Source of the DNA: Alphaproteobacteria bacterium
GTDB lineage: Bacteria > Pseudomonadota > Alphaproteobacteria > JBILKX01
Length of the DNA stretch: 58,437 bases
NCBI GenBank assembly: GCA_044376435.1
Contig: JBILKX010000002.1
Span: forward strand, 1 to 58,437
Direction: 5' to 3'
Position 1 is the first letter of the stretch; the number at the start of each line of letters is the position of its first letter. Under the pieces are notes generated by a model. The model was not told the DNA's origin, made no database searches, and saw nothing but the letters and a program-made list of their open reading frames with translations. Shown here in pieces: positions 16,952-25,545 of the stretch. The position numbers and the translations under genes were made by a program.

Positions 16952-19201
16952 ATGTCGAACCCCTTAGATCGTATTGAGCTTGTTGATTTTGAATCCGCTT
17001 TAAGCCAGCGCTACCTTGCGTATGCGCTTTCAACCATTGTAGCGCGGTCGCTGCCTGATGTGCGAGATGGCCTGAAGCCTGTGCATCGACGCCTCCTGTT
17101 TGCGATGGAGCAACTTAAGCTTGATCCGAAGTCTGGCTACAAAAAATGCGCCCGCGTTGTCGGCGACGTCATCGGTAAGTTCCACCCCCATGGAGATACG
17201 GCCGTCTACGATGCCATGGTGCGCCTAGCGCAAGATTTTGCCGTACGCTACCCATTGGTCGATGGCCACGGCAACTTTGGGAACATCGACGGCGATAACG
17301 CCGCGGCCATGCGCTATACTGAGGCCAAACTAACGCTTGTAGCAAAATACCTCCTGCAGGGCCTTGATCGCAATGCGGTTGATTTTCGCGCCACTTACGA
17401 TGGTGAAGGGCAAGAGCCTGTGGTGATGCCAGCGGCTTTCCCGAATCTGCTCGCGAATGGCGCCACTGGTATTGCCGTTGGCATGGCCACCAGCATCCCC
17501 CCGCACAATGTGGCGGAGATCTGCACCGCTCTTGAGACCATTATTGAAGAAAAACTCTCCACACCCAACGCTGAGAGCGTCCAACGGCTTCTCCAAATTC
17601 TCCCCGGCCCTGACTTCCCAACCGGTGGCATTATTGTTGAGTCCCCAGAAACGATCGCGCATGCCTACATCACTGGACGCGGCAGCCTCCGCATTCGCGC
17701 GCGCTGGGAGGTTGAAAAACTGAAGAACGGTAGCTACCAAATCGTTGTCACAGAAATTCCTTATCAGGTTCTCAAAAGCCGGCTGATCGAGAAAATCGCC
17801 GAGCTGATGATCGCCAAAAAACTGCCTTTACTCGGTGATATTCACGATGAATCGACCGATACTGTGCGCCTGATTTTAGAACCAAAGACACGCCAAGTCG
17901 ATCCGGAAGTGCTGATGGAGTCGCTCTTCCGCATGACCGAACTTGAGAGTCGGTTCTCTCTGAACCTCAATGTTCTTGACGCTCGTGGCGTGCCACAGGT
18001 CATGAATCTCCATCAACTCTTGCTCGCTTACCTTGATCACCGTGTGGAGGTCTTGCAACGCGTTACACGTTTCCGTCTTGATGAGATCGCAAATCGCCTT
18101 GAGCTCTTGAACGGGTATTTAATCGCCTACCTCAATCTCGATGAGGTGATTCGCATTATCCGCGAAGAGGATGACTCCAAGGCTGAGCTCATGCAGCGCT
18201 TTAGCCTCACAGACCGCCAGGCTGAGGGCATTCTCAACATGCGCCTGCGTTCTTTACGCAAACTTGAGGAAATTGAGATCCGCCAGGAAACCCAAGCTCT
18301 CGAAAAAGAACAGCGCCAGCTGAATAAGCTGCTAGAATCTCCCAGTCACCAAATGCAGGCAATCCGCAGCGAGATTCAAGCCGTGCGGCAACATTTTGGT
18401 CAAGACACGCCTTTGGGCGCGCGACGCACCACTTTCGCCACCCCAAGTACGGCTGTGATTGTGCCAATCGAAACCTTTATCGAGCGCGAACCCGTGACCA
18501 TTGTATGCTCTGAAAAAACCTGGATCCGCGCGTTTAAGGGCCATACCGTTGAACCGATTGAGGTCAAGTACAAAGATGGTGATCAGCACCAGTTTTTCCT
18601 CCGTGCTCACACCACAGATCGACTACTCGTGTTTAGCAGCAAGGGTAAATTCTACACCATCGGGGTTGATAAACTTGCAGGCGGCAAGGGCTTTGGCGAG
18701 CCGATGCGTTTATATATTGATCTCGCCCAAGATGAGGAAATTATCACCCTCTTGACCTACGCCCCTAGTACCTCTGAAGACGCAAAATTCTTAATCGCCG
18801 CCGAGGACGGGCGCGGCTTCATGGTGCCGCAATCACAAGTGCTCGCGCAGACAAAATCCGGCAAGCAAGTCCTCACGCCACGCGACGGCACACGGGCGGC
18901 GGTATGCGTCCCTGTTGAGGGCGACCATGTTGCAGTTGTTGGGAATAATCGCAAACTCTTGGTATTTCCTCTCGCGGATGTGCCGCTGATGAATCGTGGT
19001 CAAGGAGTGATGCTGCAGAAGTATAAAGACGCTCGTCTTTCCGATATAACGACATTTACGCTTGCCAGTGGCCTATCCTGGCGCATTCTTGATCGTCAAC
19101 GCACCGAGCGCGACCTCAGTTCCTGGCTCGGGCAACGTGGCCAAGTGGGCCGCTTCCCACCTGTGGGCTTCCCGCGTACGAATAAATTTATTGTGGGTTA
19201 A
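16952..19201 (+). CDS. parC: DNA topoisomerase IV subunit A
   Basis: RSLPDVRDGLKPVHRRLL, HPHGD and AAMRYTEAKL (active-site Tyr region). The 749-aa length is typical of alphaproteobacterial ParC rather than GyrA. Confidence 0.85.
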   Translation: MSNPLDRIELVDFESALSQRYLAYALSTIVARSLPDVRDGLKPVHRRLLFAMEQLKLDPKSGYKKCARVVGDVIGKFHPHGDTAVYDAMVRLAQDFAVRYPLVDGHGNFGNIDGDNAAAMRYTEAKLTLVAKYLLQGLDRNAVDFRATYDGEGQEPVVMPAAFPNLLANGATGIAVGMATSIPPHNVAEICTALETIIEEKLSTPNAESVQRLLQILPGPDFPTGGIIVESPETIAHAYITGRGSLRIRARWEVEKLKNGSYQIVVTEIPYQVLKSRLIEKIAELMIAKKLPLLGDIHDESTDTVRLILEPKTRQVDPEVLMESLFRMTELESRFSLNLNVLDARGVPQVMNLHQLLLAYLDHRVEVLQRVTRFRLDEIANRLELLNGYLIAYLNLDEVIRIIREEDDSKAELMQRFSLTDRQAEGILNMRLRSLRKLEEIEIRQETQALEKEQRQLNKLLESPSHQMQAIRSEIQAVRQHFGQDTPLGARRTTFATPSTAVIVPIETFIEREPVTIVCSEKTWIRAFKGHTVEPIEVKYKDGDQHQFFLRAHTTDRLLVFSSKGKFYTIGVDKLAGGKGFGEPMRLYIDLAQDEEIITLLTYAPSTSEDAKFLIAAEDGRGFMVPQSQVLAQTKSGKQVLTPRDGTRAAVCVPVEGDHVAVVGNNRKLLVFPLADVPLMNRGQGVMLQKYKDARLSDITTFTLASGLSWRILDRQRTERDLSSWLGQRGQVGRFPPVGFPRTNKFIVG

Positions 19202-19244
19202 CCGCACCCTCGCTTTAAATGATATCGCGGCTTCTTAAACTACC

Positions 19245-19592
19245 TCAGTGAATGGGGTTGTTTTTATTCAGATCCTCGTACTGCTCAATCGCCTGAAGCT
19301 CAAGATCATTCTCGAATAAAGCGATCAAAGCACTGGTACTAAATAGAACTCCTGAGGCAATAAAGCCACAACTTTCAACAGCACTTGAAAAAACTCTCCA
19401 AGCTCCCCCCTGACCCCATTTCATCATTGAAAACATATTGATACCATCAATGAAATATCCACAGCTAAACCCCATAAATCCGATAAATTTCAGCATAGCT
19501 TTTATGCTGCGCGATGACACTTCTAAGACATCAACAGGTGTTTTGTGTGTCTGAGGTGATTGAAATTTTAAGAGCGAATAGCACACGATCAT
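19245..19592 (-). CDS. Hypothetical small membrane protein (uncertain)
   Basis: 115-aa ORF with two hydrophobic segments. No recognisable family and no clear RBS. It lies just downstream of MITE-like copy 19640-19805. Confidence 0.3.
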   Translation of the reverse strand: MIVCYSLLKFQSPQTHKTPVDVLEVSSRSIKAMLKFIGFMGFSCGYFIDGINMFSMMKWGQGGAWRVFSSAVESCGFIASGVLFSTSALIALFENDLELQAIEQYEDLNKNNPIH

Positions 19593-19639
19593 GAGCGCAT
19601 GTGAGAATATATACCAACTATCCTTTGACTCCTTCCAGT

Positions 19640-19805
19640 TATACCCAATGCAAGTGGAAAAGGGGAGAATTTGAGAGAGGGAATTTGGCTCAATACCAAG
19701 CTTGAAAAACCGCCCATATCGTGAGATACGGAAGGCTTTTTCAAGCGCTGGTGGTGGGTCATAATTCCCCGCTCAAAAATCCACTTTTTCATTTGGATTG
19801 GGTAT
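19640..19805 (-). mobile_element. MITE-like non-autonomous element, full-length copy (166 bp)
   Basis: Termini are TATACCCAAT...ATTGGGTAT(C). The reverse complement aligns end-to-end with 23210-23379 at about 85-90 % by eye. The whole element is a long imperfect palindrome with the internal pair GCTTGAAAAAGCC / GGTTTTTCAAGC. No ORF is conserved between the copies. Confidence 0.8.
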
Positions 19806-20048
19806 CATAGAAAATATGTCTTTGTAGTGGCGACAATTTACTAAAGCATCGAAGATAGCCACAATTCCAGCGCCCTGTCGAATTTTATAGGCTAAAGACA
19901 AATGTTGAGGGACCGCCTGCGTGACAACAGTCTGCACAGAAACCTGGAATTGCGATGGACCGTCATTATTAAGGGATTCGTTTGCCTCTGCTTGAAAAAC
20001 ACAACAATGTATAATGAGCATAAAACTTAAACTTAGGATCTTTTTCAT
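19773..20048 (-). CDS. Small secreted protein whose start and stop codons are supplied by repeat elements
   Basis: The signal peptide MKKILSLSFMLIIHCCVFQAEA begins at an ATG lying in the element loop sequence (half copy 20040-20062). The C-terminus ...IPNPNEKVDF and the stop lie inside element 19640-19805. Confidence 0.5.
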   Translation of the reverse strand: MKKILSLSFMLIIHCCVFQAEANESLNNDGPSQFQVSVQTVVTQAVPQHLSLAYKIRQGAGIVAIFDALVNCRHYKDIFSMIPNPNEKVDF

Positions 20049-20062
20049 TTGGATTGGGTATA
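20040..20062 (-). repeat. Half copy (one arm plus loop) of the repeat family
   Basis: The minus strand reads TATACCCAATCCAAATGAAAAAG and similarity then stops. It supplies the ATG AAA AAG start of ORF 19773-20048. Confidence 0.75.
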
Positions 20063-20210
20063 ACTTTCTTGAGAGCTTAAAATTTAACACACGAGCATTA
20101 TAGCTTACTGCGCGGACTCCTGCTAGAACTCACACCAGGCCTTAACTTAGGTTTCCGGTCTAAAATCCTGCATGTATTTACTCTAATACTGAGAGCGTGT
20201 CTAGAATAAT

Positions 20211-21482
20211 TTACGAATTTGGCGGCAATATACGTACGAGCGTGATTTGATTGCGCTGACGTCGCATCACTTCAAACGTGTAGCCATAGAGCACAAATTC
20301 TTGCCCCACTTCGGGGATCTGACGCGATTCATGCAGCAAGAGCCCAGCCACTGTTGTCGCACTATCATCGGGAAGATGCCACCCTAATTGACGATTGACA
20401 TCACGAATGGGCATTGAGCCATCCACCAGTGTCCACCCATCAGGCTGCTGACGTAGCTCACCCGTAGTGATGTCATGCTCATCTGTGATCTCGCCCACAA
20501 TTTCTTCCAAGATATCCTCTAAGGTGACGACGCCTAACAGCGCGCCATATTCATCAACAACTAAAGCAAAGTGCTCATGACGTTCCCTGAAGGCTTGCAG
20601 CTGCTGTGTTAGCGGCGTGGACTCTGGAATAAACCATGGCGAACTCGCGATTGACCGAATATCGAGCTCATCAATCGGCCCTGAGTGCAGACGCACGGCA
20701 CGCAGTAGATCTTTGGCATGAATGACACCAATCACATTGTCTTGATCATCTTGCCATAGGGGGACACGTGTATAAGGCGAGGCGAGAATTTGATCCAAAA
20801 TCTGCGAAGGTTTTTCATCAGCATTAATCATATGCACATATTTGCGATGCTTCATCACCTGAGCCACTTCAAGATCTGGCAGATCCAAAATGCTTCTCAA
20901 CATGAGTTGCGCGCCAGTACGTGCACCTCCAGACTCTTGAGCATGGAGATCTATAGCGCCTTTGAGCTCCTCAACGGCATTGATCGATCCTCGCCGTGGC
21001 GACATCTTGCCCGGGAATAAGAGTGCCAAGTGCTTCTTCGCAAACCAGTCAATCGTGTAGGTGATGGGGCTAAACACCCAAATGATCATCCGCAAAGCCG
21101 GCGCCAGTGATAAGGCCAGAGCTTCAGCACTATTGACAGCAATAATTTTTGGCAACACTTCAGCGTACACCACCACCAGCAGGCCAATAAACATGGTGAC
21201 GTAGGCAACCCCGGAGTCCCCAAACAGATTAATTGCAAAAACAGTCCCAAGGGAAGAGACTGACATATTAAGCAAGGTGTTACACAGGAGCAACGTGCTA
21301 ATAGCATGACCAATATTTTGCTGCAATTGACGGACAATGACAGCGTGCTTATTATTGGTGACGGCTAAATGATGGATACGGGCTTTTGATGCTGCCAGTA
21401 GCGCTGTTTCAGAGGCACTAAAGAAGGCTGAAAGCAAGATAAGGGTGACGATAAACATCAGAGGAACAAGAGCCAGGATCAT
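20211..21482 (-). CDS. HlyC/CorC-family transporter (DUF21-CBS-CorC_HlyC; TlyC-like)
   Basis: 423 aa with an N-terminal 4-TM DUF21-like region, a tandem CBS region (VIGVIHAKDLL ..., LLGVVTLEDILEEIVGEI) and a C-terminal CorC/HlyC-like domain. Confidence 0.85.
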   Translation of the reverse strand: MILALVPLMFIVTLILLSAFFSASETALLAASKARIHHLAVTNNKHAVIVRQLQQNIGHAISTLLLCNTLLNMSVSSLGTVFAINLFGDSGVAYVTMFIGLLVVVYAEVLPKIIAVNSAEALALSLAPALRMIIWVFSPITYTIDWFAKKHLALLFPGKMSPRRGSINAVEELKGAIDLHAQESGGARTGAQLMLRSILDLPDLEVAQVMKHRKYVHMINADEKPSQILDQILASPYTRVPLWQDDQDNVIGVIHAKDLLRAVRLHSGPIDELDIRSIASSPWFIPESTPLTQQLQAFRERHEHFALVVDEYGALLGVVTLEDILEEIVGEITDEHDITTGELRQQPDGWTLVDGSMPIRDVNRQLGWHLPDDSATTVAGLLLHESRQIPEVGQEFVLYGYTFEVMRRQRNQITLVRILPPNS

Positions 21483-21722
21483 AAAAAACTTTACTTACAA
21501 TTAGATTTAAGCCAATATTTAATGCGCCGTGAGTGCAAAAGTGTTACTAAAAAATAGTGATTTCGCATCAAGGCACACTTTAGGAAATTTACCAAAGTTT
21601 TTTAATTTATCCAACTTGAAAATAACGATTCGCAATTCAGATGCACAGTGGAGGACTTGGGTTGGTCATTATTGCCCCCTGTCTGCACTTAGACTAGGTA
21701 CAAAACTTTAAGGAACTCAACA

Positions 21723-21905
21723 ATGAACTCAAAATCCAATGACACCGTTAAACAGATTAAAACCATTGCCGCTGCAATCGGCCTTGTCGCCATTATTGCT
21801 GCTGTTATCATGGTTCCCTCATTAATCAGCCCGCAAATCAAGATGGTTGAGCGTGATATTCCCAAAAGTGAGCTTGTAGGGTTAAGCACTCATGGCGAGG
21901 ACTAA
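21723..21905 (+). CDS. Possible small single-TM protein (uncertain)
   Basis: 60-aa ORF with one clear TM segment (IAAAIGLVAIIAAVIMVPSLI). It overlaps the annotated xerD start by 14 nt. No homology recognisable. Confidence 0.25.
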   Translation: MNSKSNDTVKQIKTIAAAIGLVAIIAAVIMVPSLISPQIKMVERDIPKSELVGLSTHGED

Positions 21906-22938
21906 GGCTCCTTCTCCGCCGATATCTTCAACCCAAAGCGCGAAAAATATGATTTCGGCCCCCCCCTATCCCGAGCAGAAAAAAACCGTAAAGCAAAATG
22001 TCAGCCTATCGACATCTGCTTGCCCCCCAGTTGTAGAGCGCTTTGTTGAGATGTTGATTGCCGAGCGTGGCGCCTCCAGTAACACCATCAGCTCTTATCA
22101 ACTTGATTTACAAGTGCTACAGAATTTTCTAGGCGCCCTACCACTCGAGGATGCTGCACCCACCGACCTACACGCTTTCTTTAAAGCTGCTGCTCAGGAT
22201 AAACCGACCACCCAAGCCAGGCGCCTTTCCTCGTTTCGTCAGTTTTACCAATTTCTCATTGAAGAAGACTATCGTAAAGATAATCCAACAACGTTAATAG
22301 AACGTCCTCGACTTACAAAGGCACTCCCCAAGATTTTAACAGAGGCAGATATAAACTCTCTTCTAAATGCCGCTCAACATTGGCCTGGCCCCGAAGGACT
22401 GCGACTCGAAGCTATGTTGGAAGTGATGTATGCAACCGGCATACGTGTTTCTGAGTTATTAACGCTCCCTTGGCGTCCAGGCGCTTGGGAACAGCCAACT
22501 ACGGATACCTTAGTGCCAATCACCATTCTCGGCAAAGGCCAAAAAGAACGAGTCGTCCCTCTGACACCCGCCGCAAATGCAGCTATACACGCTTATATCA
22601 AAGTACGCCCCTATTTTCTGGCCAAGTACCGTCGCACTGATAGTCCCTGGCTGTTTCCATCTGGCGGCCAAGGGCCCAACCACCACTTAACACGCCAGCG
22701 TTTTTATCAACTATTGCGTGAGTTAGCTCTACGCATTGGCATGGCTCCCGAAAAAGTTTCTCCCCATGTTATCCGGCATGCCTTTGCAACACACCTTCTT
22801 AATCATGGCGCTGATCTGCGTAGCGTCCAACAATTTCTTGGGCATGCCACGATTGGCACAACGCAAATCTATACCCATGTGGCCACAGACCACCTCACCG
22901 AGGTGGTCCAGACTTACCATCCACTGGCAAAGAAGTAG
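21892..22938 (+). CDS. xerD: Tyrosine recombinase XerD (start uncertain)
   Basis: The C-terminal catalytic region HVIRHAFATHLLNHGADLRSVQQFLGHATIGTTQIYTHV carries the R..HxxR..Y set. The N-terminal core-binding region starts near VERFVEMLIAERG. About the first 45 residues have no counterpart in typical XerD; an alternative ATG is at 21949. Confidence 0.85.
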   Translation: MARTKAPSPPISSTQSAKNMISAPPYPEQKKTVKQNVSLSTSACPPVVERFVEMLIAERGASSNTISSYQLDLQVLQNFLGALPLEDAAPTDLHAFFKAAAQDKPTTQARRLSSFRQFYQFLIEEDYRKDNPTTLIERPRLTKALPKILTEADINSLLNAAQHWPGPEGLRLEAMLEVMYATGIRVSELLTLPWRPGAWEQPTTDTLVPITILGKGQKERVVPLTPAANAAIHAYIKVRPYFLAKYRRTDSPWLFPSGGQGPNHHLTRQRFYQLLRELALRIGMAPEKVSPHVIRHAFATHLLNHGADLRSVQQFLGHATIGTTQIYTHVATDHLTEVVQTYHPLAKK

Positions 22939-23209
22939 CGAATTTGTATACAAACAAAAAATATTTCCATCCCCTGAATCAGCGCTATACATTTACACAA
23001 TGATCGCTTAAAATGAGCCGCAAAGAATTGAATAATCGCCATACAATTCTTGGAGCGAGAGCAACTTTACACGTGATAACGGGAATACCTAGCTCCAGAC
23101 AAAAATAGGCGATATAGTTAAATGTGAACAACACTTTCGAGGGCTGCTCAAATATAACGTACTGAGATGCCACAGCTGAACTCTGAAGTGACTTTTTCAC
23201 GGAAGACGA

Positions 23210-23379
23210 TATACACCCAATCCAAATGAAAAAGTGGATTTTTGAGTGGGTAATTATGACTCTCGACCTGCGCTTGAAAAAGCCTTTTGTATCTAGTCGA
23301 TACGAGCAGTTTTTCAAGCTTGATGTTGAACCAAATTCCCTCTCGCAAATTCTCCCCTTTTCCACTTGCATTGGGTATA
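23210..23379 (+). mobile_element. MITE-like non-autonomous element, full-length copy (170 bp)
   Basis: TATACACCCAATCCAAATGAAAAAGTGGATTTTTGAG ... CCACTTGCATTGGGTATA, in the xerD-pgk spacer. It aligns with the reverse complement of 19640-19805. Confidence 0.8.
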
Positions 23380-23413
23380 ATGATAATCACTAGTAATAGA
23401 GAGGTTGTGTACT

Positions 23414-24607
23414 ATGGAGTTTAAAACAATTGAAAAGCTGTCTTGCTACAATCAGCGTGTACTTCTCAGACTTGATTTGAATGTCCCCATTAGTGATGGC
23501 GTCATCACGGACCCTACCCGTATAGAGCGCAGCTGCGCCACGGTCAAAGCCCTCATGGAAAAAGGGGCAAAAATCATTATCCTAACCCACTTAGGTCGAC
23601 CCCAAGGTCGCGATTTAAAGTGGTCGACTCAATGCCTTCTCCCCGCTTTAGAGCGTATACTAAAAACTGAAGTTGCGTTCCTCACTGACCTTGTCGGCCC
23701 CGAATCAATAGCCTTTAGTCGCAATTTACTGCCAGGTCAAGTCGCTTTAGCAGAGAATGTGCGCTTTTACGCTGGAGAATCAATCAATGACAGCGCGTTT
23801 GCGCGCTCCCTTGCAGAGCTTGGGGACTTTTATGTGAATGATGCCTTCTCCGCATCTCATCGCGCCCATGCAACCACATGCGGACTTGCACATATCCTTC
23901 CCTGTGCGGCAGGAATTTTAATGACTGAAGAGTTAATTGCCCTCGAAAAAGCCCTTGGCAATCCCAAGCGCCCTTTGATGGCTATTGTTGGCGGCTCCAA
24001 AGTCTCTACTAAATTACGGTTGCTCAATAACCTTGTCACTAAAGTGAATCATTTGGTTGTTGGCGGTGGCATGGCTAATACATTCTTGCTGGCCGAAGGC
24101 AAGTCTATTGGATTTTCTTTAGCGGAACCTGATTTGGTGCCTGAAGTTAAACATATTGTGAACAATGCGTTACTCCATAGATGCAATATCATCATTCCCC
24201 ACGATGTGCTGGTCCAGCGTGACAATGGTTTTGCGGACACCGCTCATGTGGATCATATCTCTAATACTGACCGTATTCTTGACTTTGGTCCAGAAAGTGT
24301 GGAGCAAGTAATTAATGTTTTGAAAACTTGTTCAACCGTGGTTTGGAACGGCCCTGTAGGTATGTTTGAGCAAAAACCCTTTGATACTGGCACGCAAGCG
24401 ATTGCTATGGCTATTGCTGCCCAAACCCAGCAGCGCACCCTCTTAAGCATCGCTGGAGGGGGTGATACTGTTGCCGCCCTCAACCAGGCAGGATGCGGCC
24501 ATCAATTCACTTACGTGTCTACAGCTGGTGGTGCGTTTCTTGAATGGATGGAGGGCGACGACCTTCCAGGGGTTTTGGCTTTAGATCAAGGAAAGCCCGC
24601 CACGTGA
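23414..24607 (+). CDS. pgk: Phosphoglycerate kinase
   Basis: Motifs RLDLNVP, VGGGMANTFL and VSTAGGAFLEWMEG. ATG 23414 is preferred over the TTG at 23405. Confidence 0.94.
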   Translation: MEFKTIEKLSCYNQRVLLRLDLNVPISDGVITDPTRIERSCATVKALMEKGAKIIILTHLGRPQGRDLKWSTQCLLPALERILKTEVAFLTDLVGPESIAFSRNLLPGQVALAENVRFYAGESINDSAFARSLAELGDFYVNDAFSASHRAHATTCGLAHILPCAAGILMTEELIALEKALGNPKRPLMAIVGGSKVSTKLRLLNNLVTKVNHLVVGGGMANTFLLAEGKSIGFSLAEPDLVPEVKHIVNNALLHRCNIIIPHDVLVQRDNGFADTAHVDHISNTDRILDFGPESVEQVINVLKTCSTVVWNGPVGMFEQKPFDTGTQAIAMAIAAQTQQRTLLSIAGGGDTVAALNQAGCGHQFTYVSTAGGAFLEWMEGDDLPGVLALDQGKPAT

Positions 24608-25545
24608 TTGCGCTGAATAACAAAAAAGTCTGGGTTGCCGGGGCTGACGGCATGGTAGGGCAAGCAGTTGTCCGACGGTTACAAACAGAAGCCTGCGCTA
24701 TTCTAGCTACCAATCGTAGAGCTGTTGATCTTACGGATCAGAATGCTACTCGCCATTGGATTCAGACACAGCAGCCCGATATGATTATCCTTGCAGCTGC
24801 ACGTGTCGGTGGTATTCTTGCAAATGCGACCTACCCGGCACAATTTATTTATGAAAACCTTCAAATCCAGAATAACGTTATTCATGCTGCTCATGAGCAT
24901 GGCATCGAACGACTATTATTCTTAGGATCATCGTGTATCTACCCGCGCCTCGCGCCTCAGCCAATTCCAGAATCTGCATTGCTCTCAGGACCTCTTGAGG
25001 ATACCAACCAGTGGTATGCCCTTGCAAAAATTGCTGGGATCAAGATGTGCCAAGCCTATCGCCAGCAGTACGGACGCGCTTACATTGCGGCAATGCCCAC
25101 CAATTTATACGGCCCTGGGGATACTTATCATCTAGAGCATAGCCATGTGATTCCGGCGTTAATCATGAAAATCCACAACGCAAAAATACATCGCTTGCCC
25201 ACCGTCACTGTGTGGGGCAGTGGACAAGCACGACGAGAATTCTTATTTGTCAATGATCTTGCTGATGCCCTTGTCTTTTTATTACAAAATTATAATGGCG
25301 AAGAGATTATCAATGTTGGCACAGGTATCGACCTCACGATCGCTGAGCTTGCCGAGAAGATTGCTCGCGTTGTCGACTATCCCGGTACCTTCGTCTATGA
25401 TGCAACAAAGCCGGATGGCACCCCACGTAAACTCCTCGATGTGACCCACCTAACCGCTTTGGGGTGGGTGGCATCAACATCTCTTGAAGACGGCTTACAC
25501 CACGCCTATCACGCCTTCTTACGCCAACACGAGGCAGCCGCATGA
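24604..25545 (+). CDS. fcl: GDP-L-fucose synthase (GDP-4-keto-6-deoxymannose 3,5-epimerase/4-reductase)
   Basis: Rossmann motif VAGADGMVGQA, SSCIYP, YALAKIAG (YxxxK) and MPTNLYGPGD. The likely GTG start at 24604 overlaps the pgk stop (GTGA). Confidence 0.85.
   Translation: MIALNNKKVWVAGADGMVGQAVVRRLQTEACAILATNRRAVDLTDQNATRHWIQTQQPDMIILAAARVGGILANATYPAQFIYENLQIQNNVIHAAHEHGIERLLFLGSSCIYPRLAPQPIPESALLSGPLEDTNQWYALAKIAGIKMCQAYRQQYGRAYIAAMPTNLYGPGDTYHLEHSHVIPALIMKIHNAKIHRLPTVTVWGSGQARREFLFVNDLADALVFLLQNYNGEEIINVGTGIDLTIAELAEKIARVVDYPGTFVYDATKPDGTPRKLLDVTHLTALGWVASTSLEDGLHHAYHAFLRQHEAAA

Noticed and set aside
19589-19792. 67-aa ORF inside MITE-like copy 19640-19805, and ORFs 22985-23371 and 23148-23390 over copy 23210-23379
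   Set aside because: The ORFs lie in different orientations relative to the element in the two copies and are not conserved between them. They are explained by the repeat.
21892-22938. Tyrosine recombinase considered as a phage or island integrase marking a mobile element
   Set aside because: The sequence and length fit the chromosomal dimer resolvase XerD. It is not adjacent to a tRNA, and no att-like repeats or phage genes are nearby.
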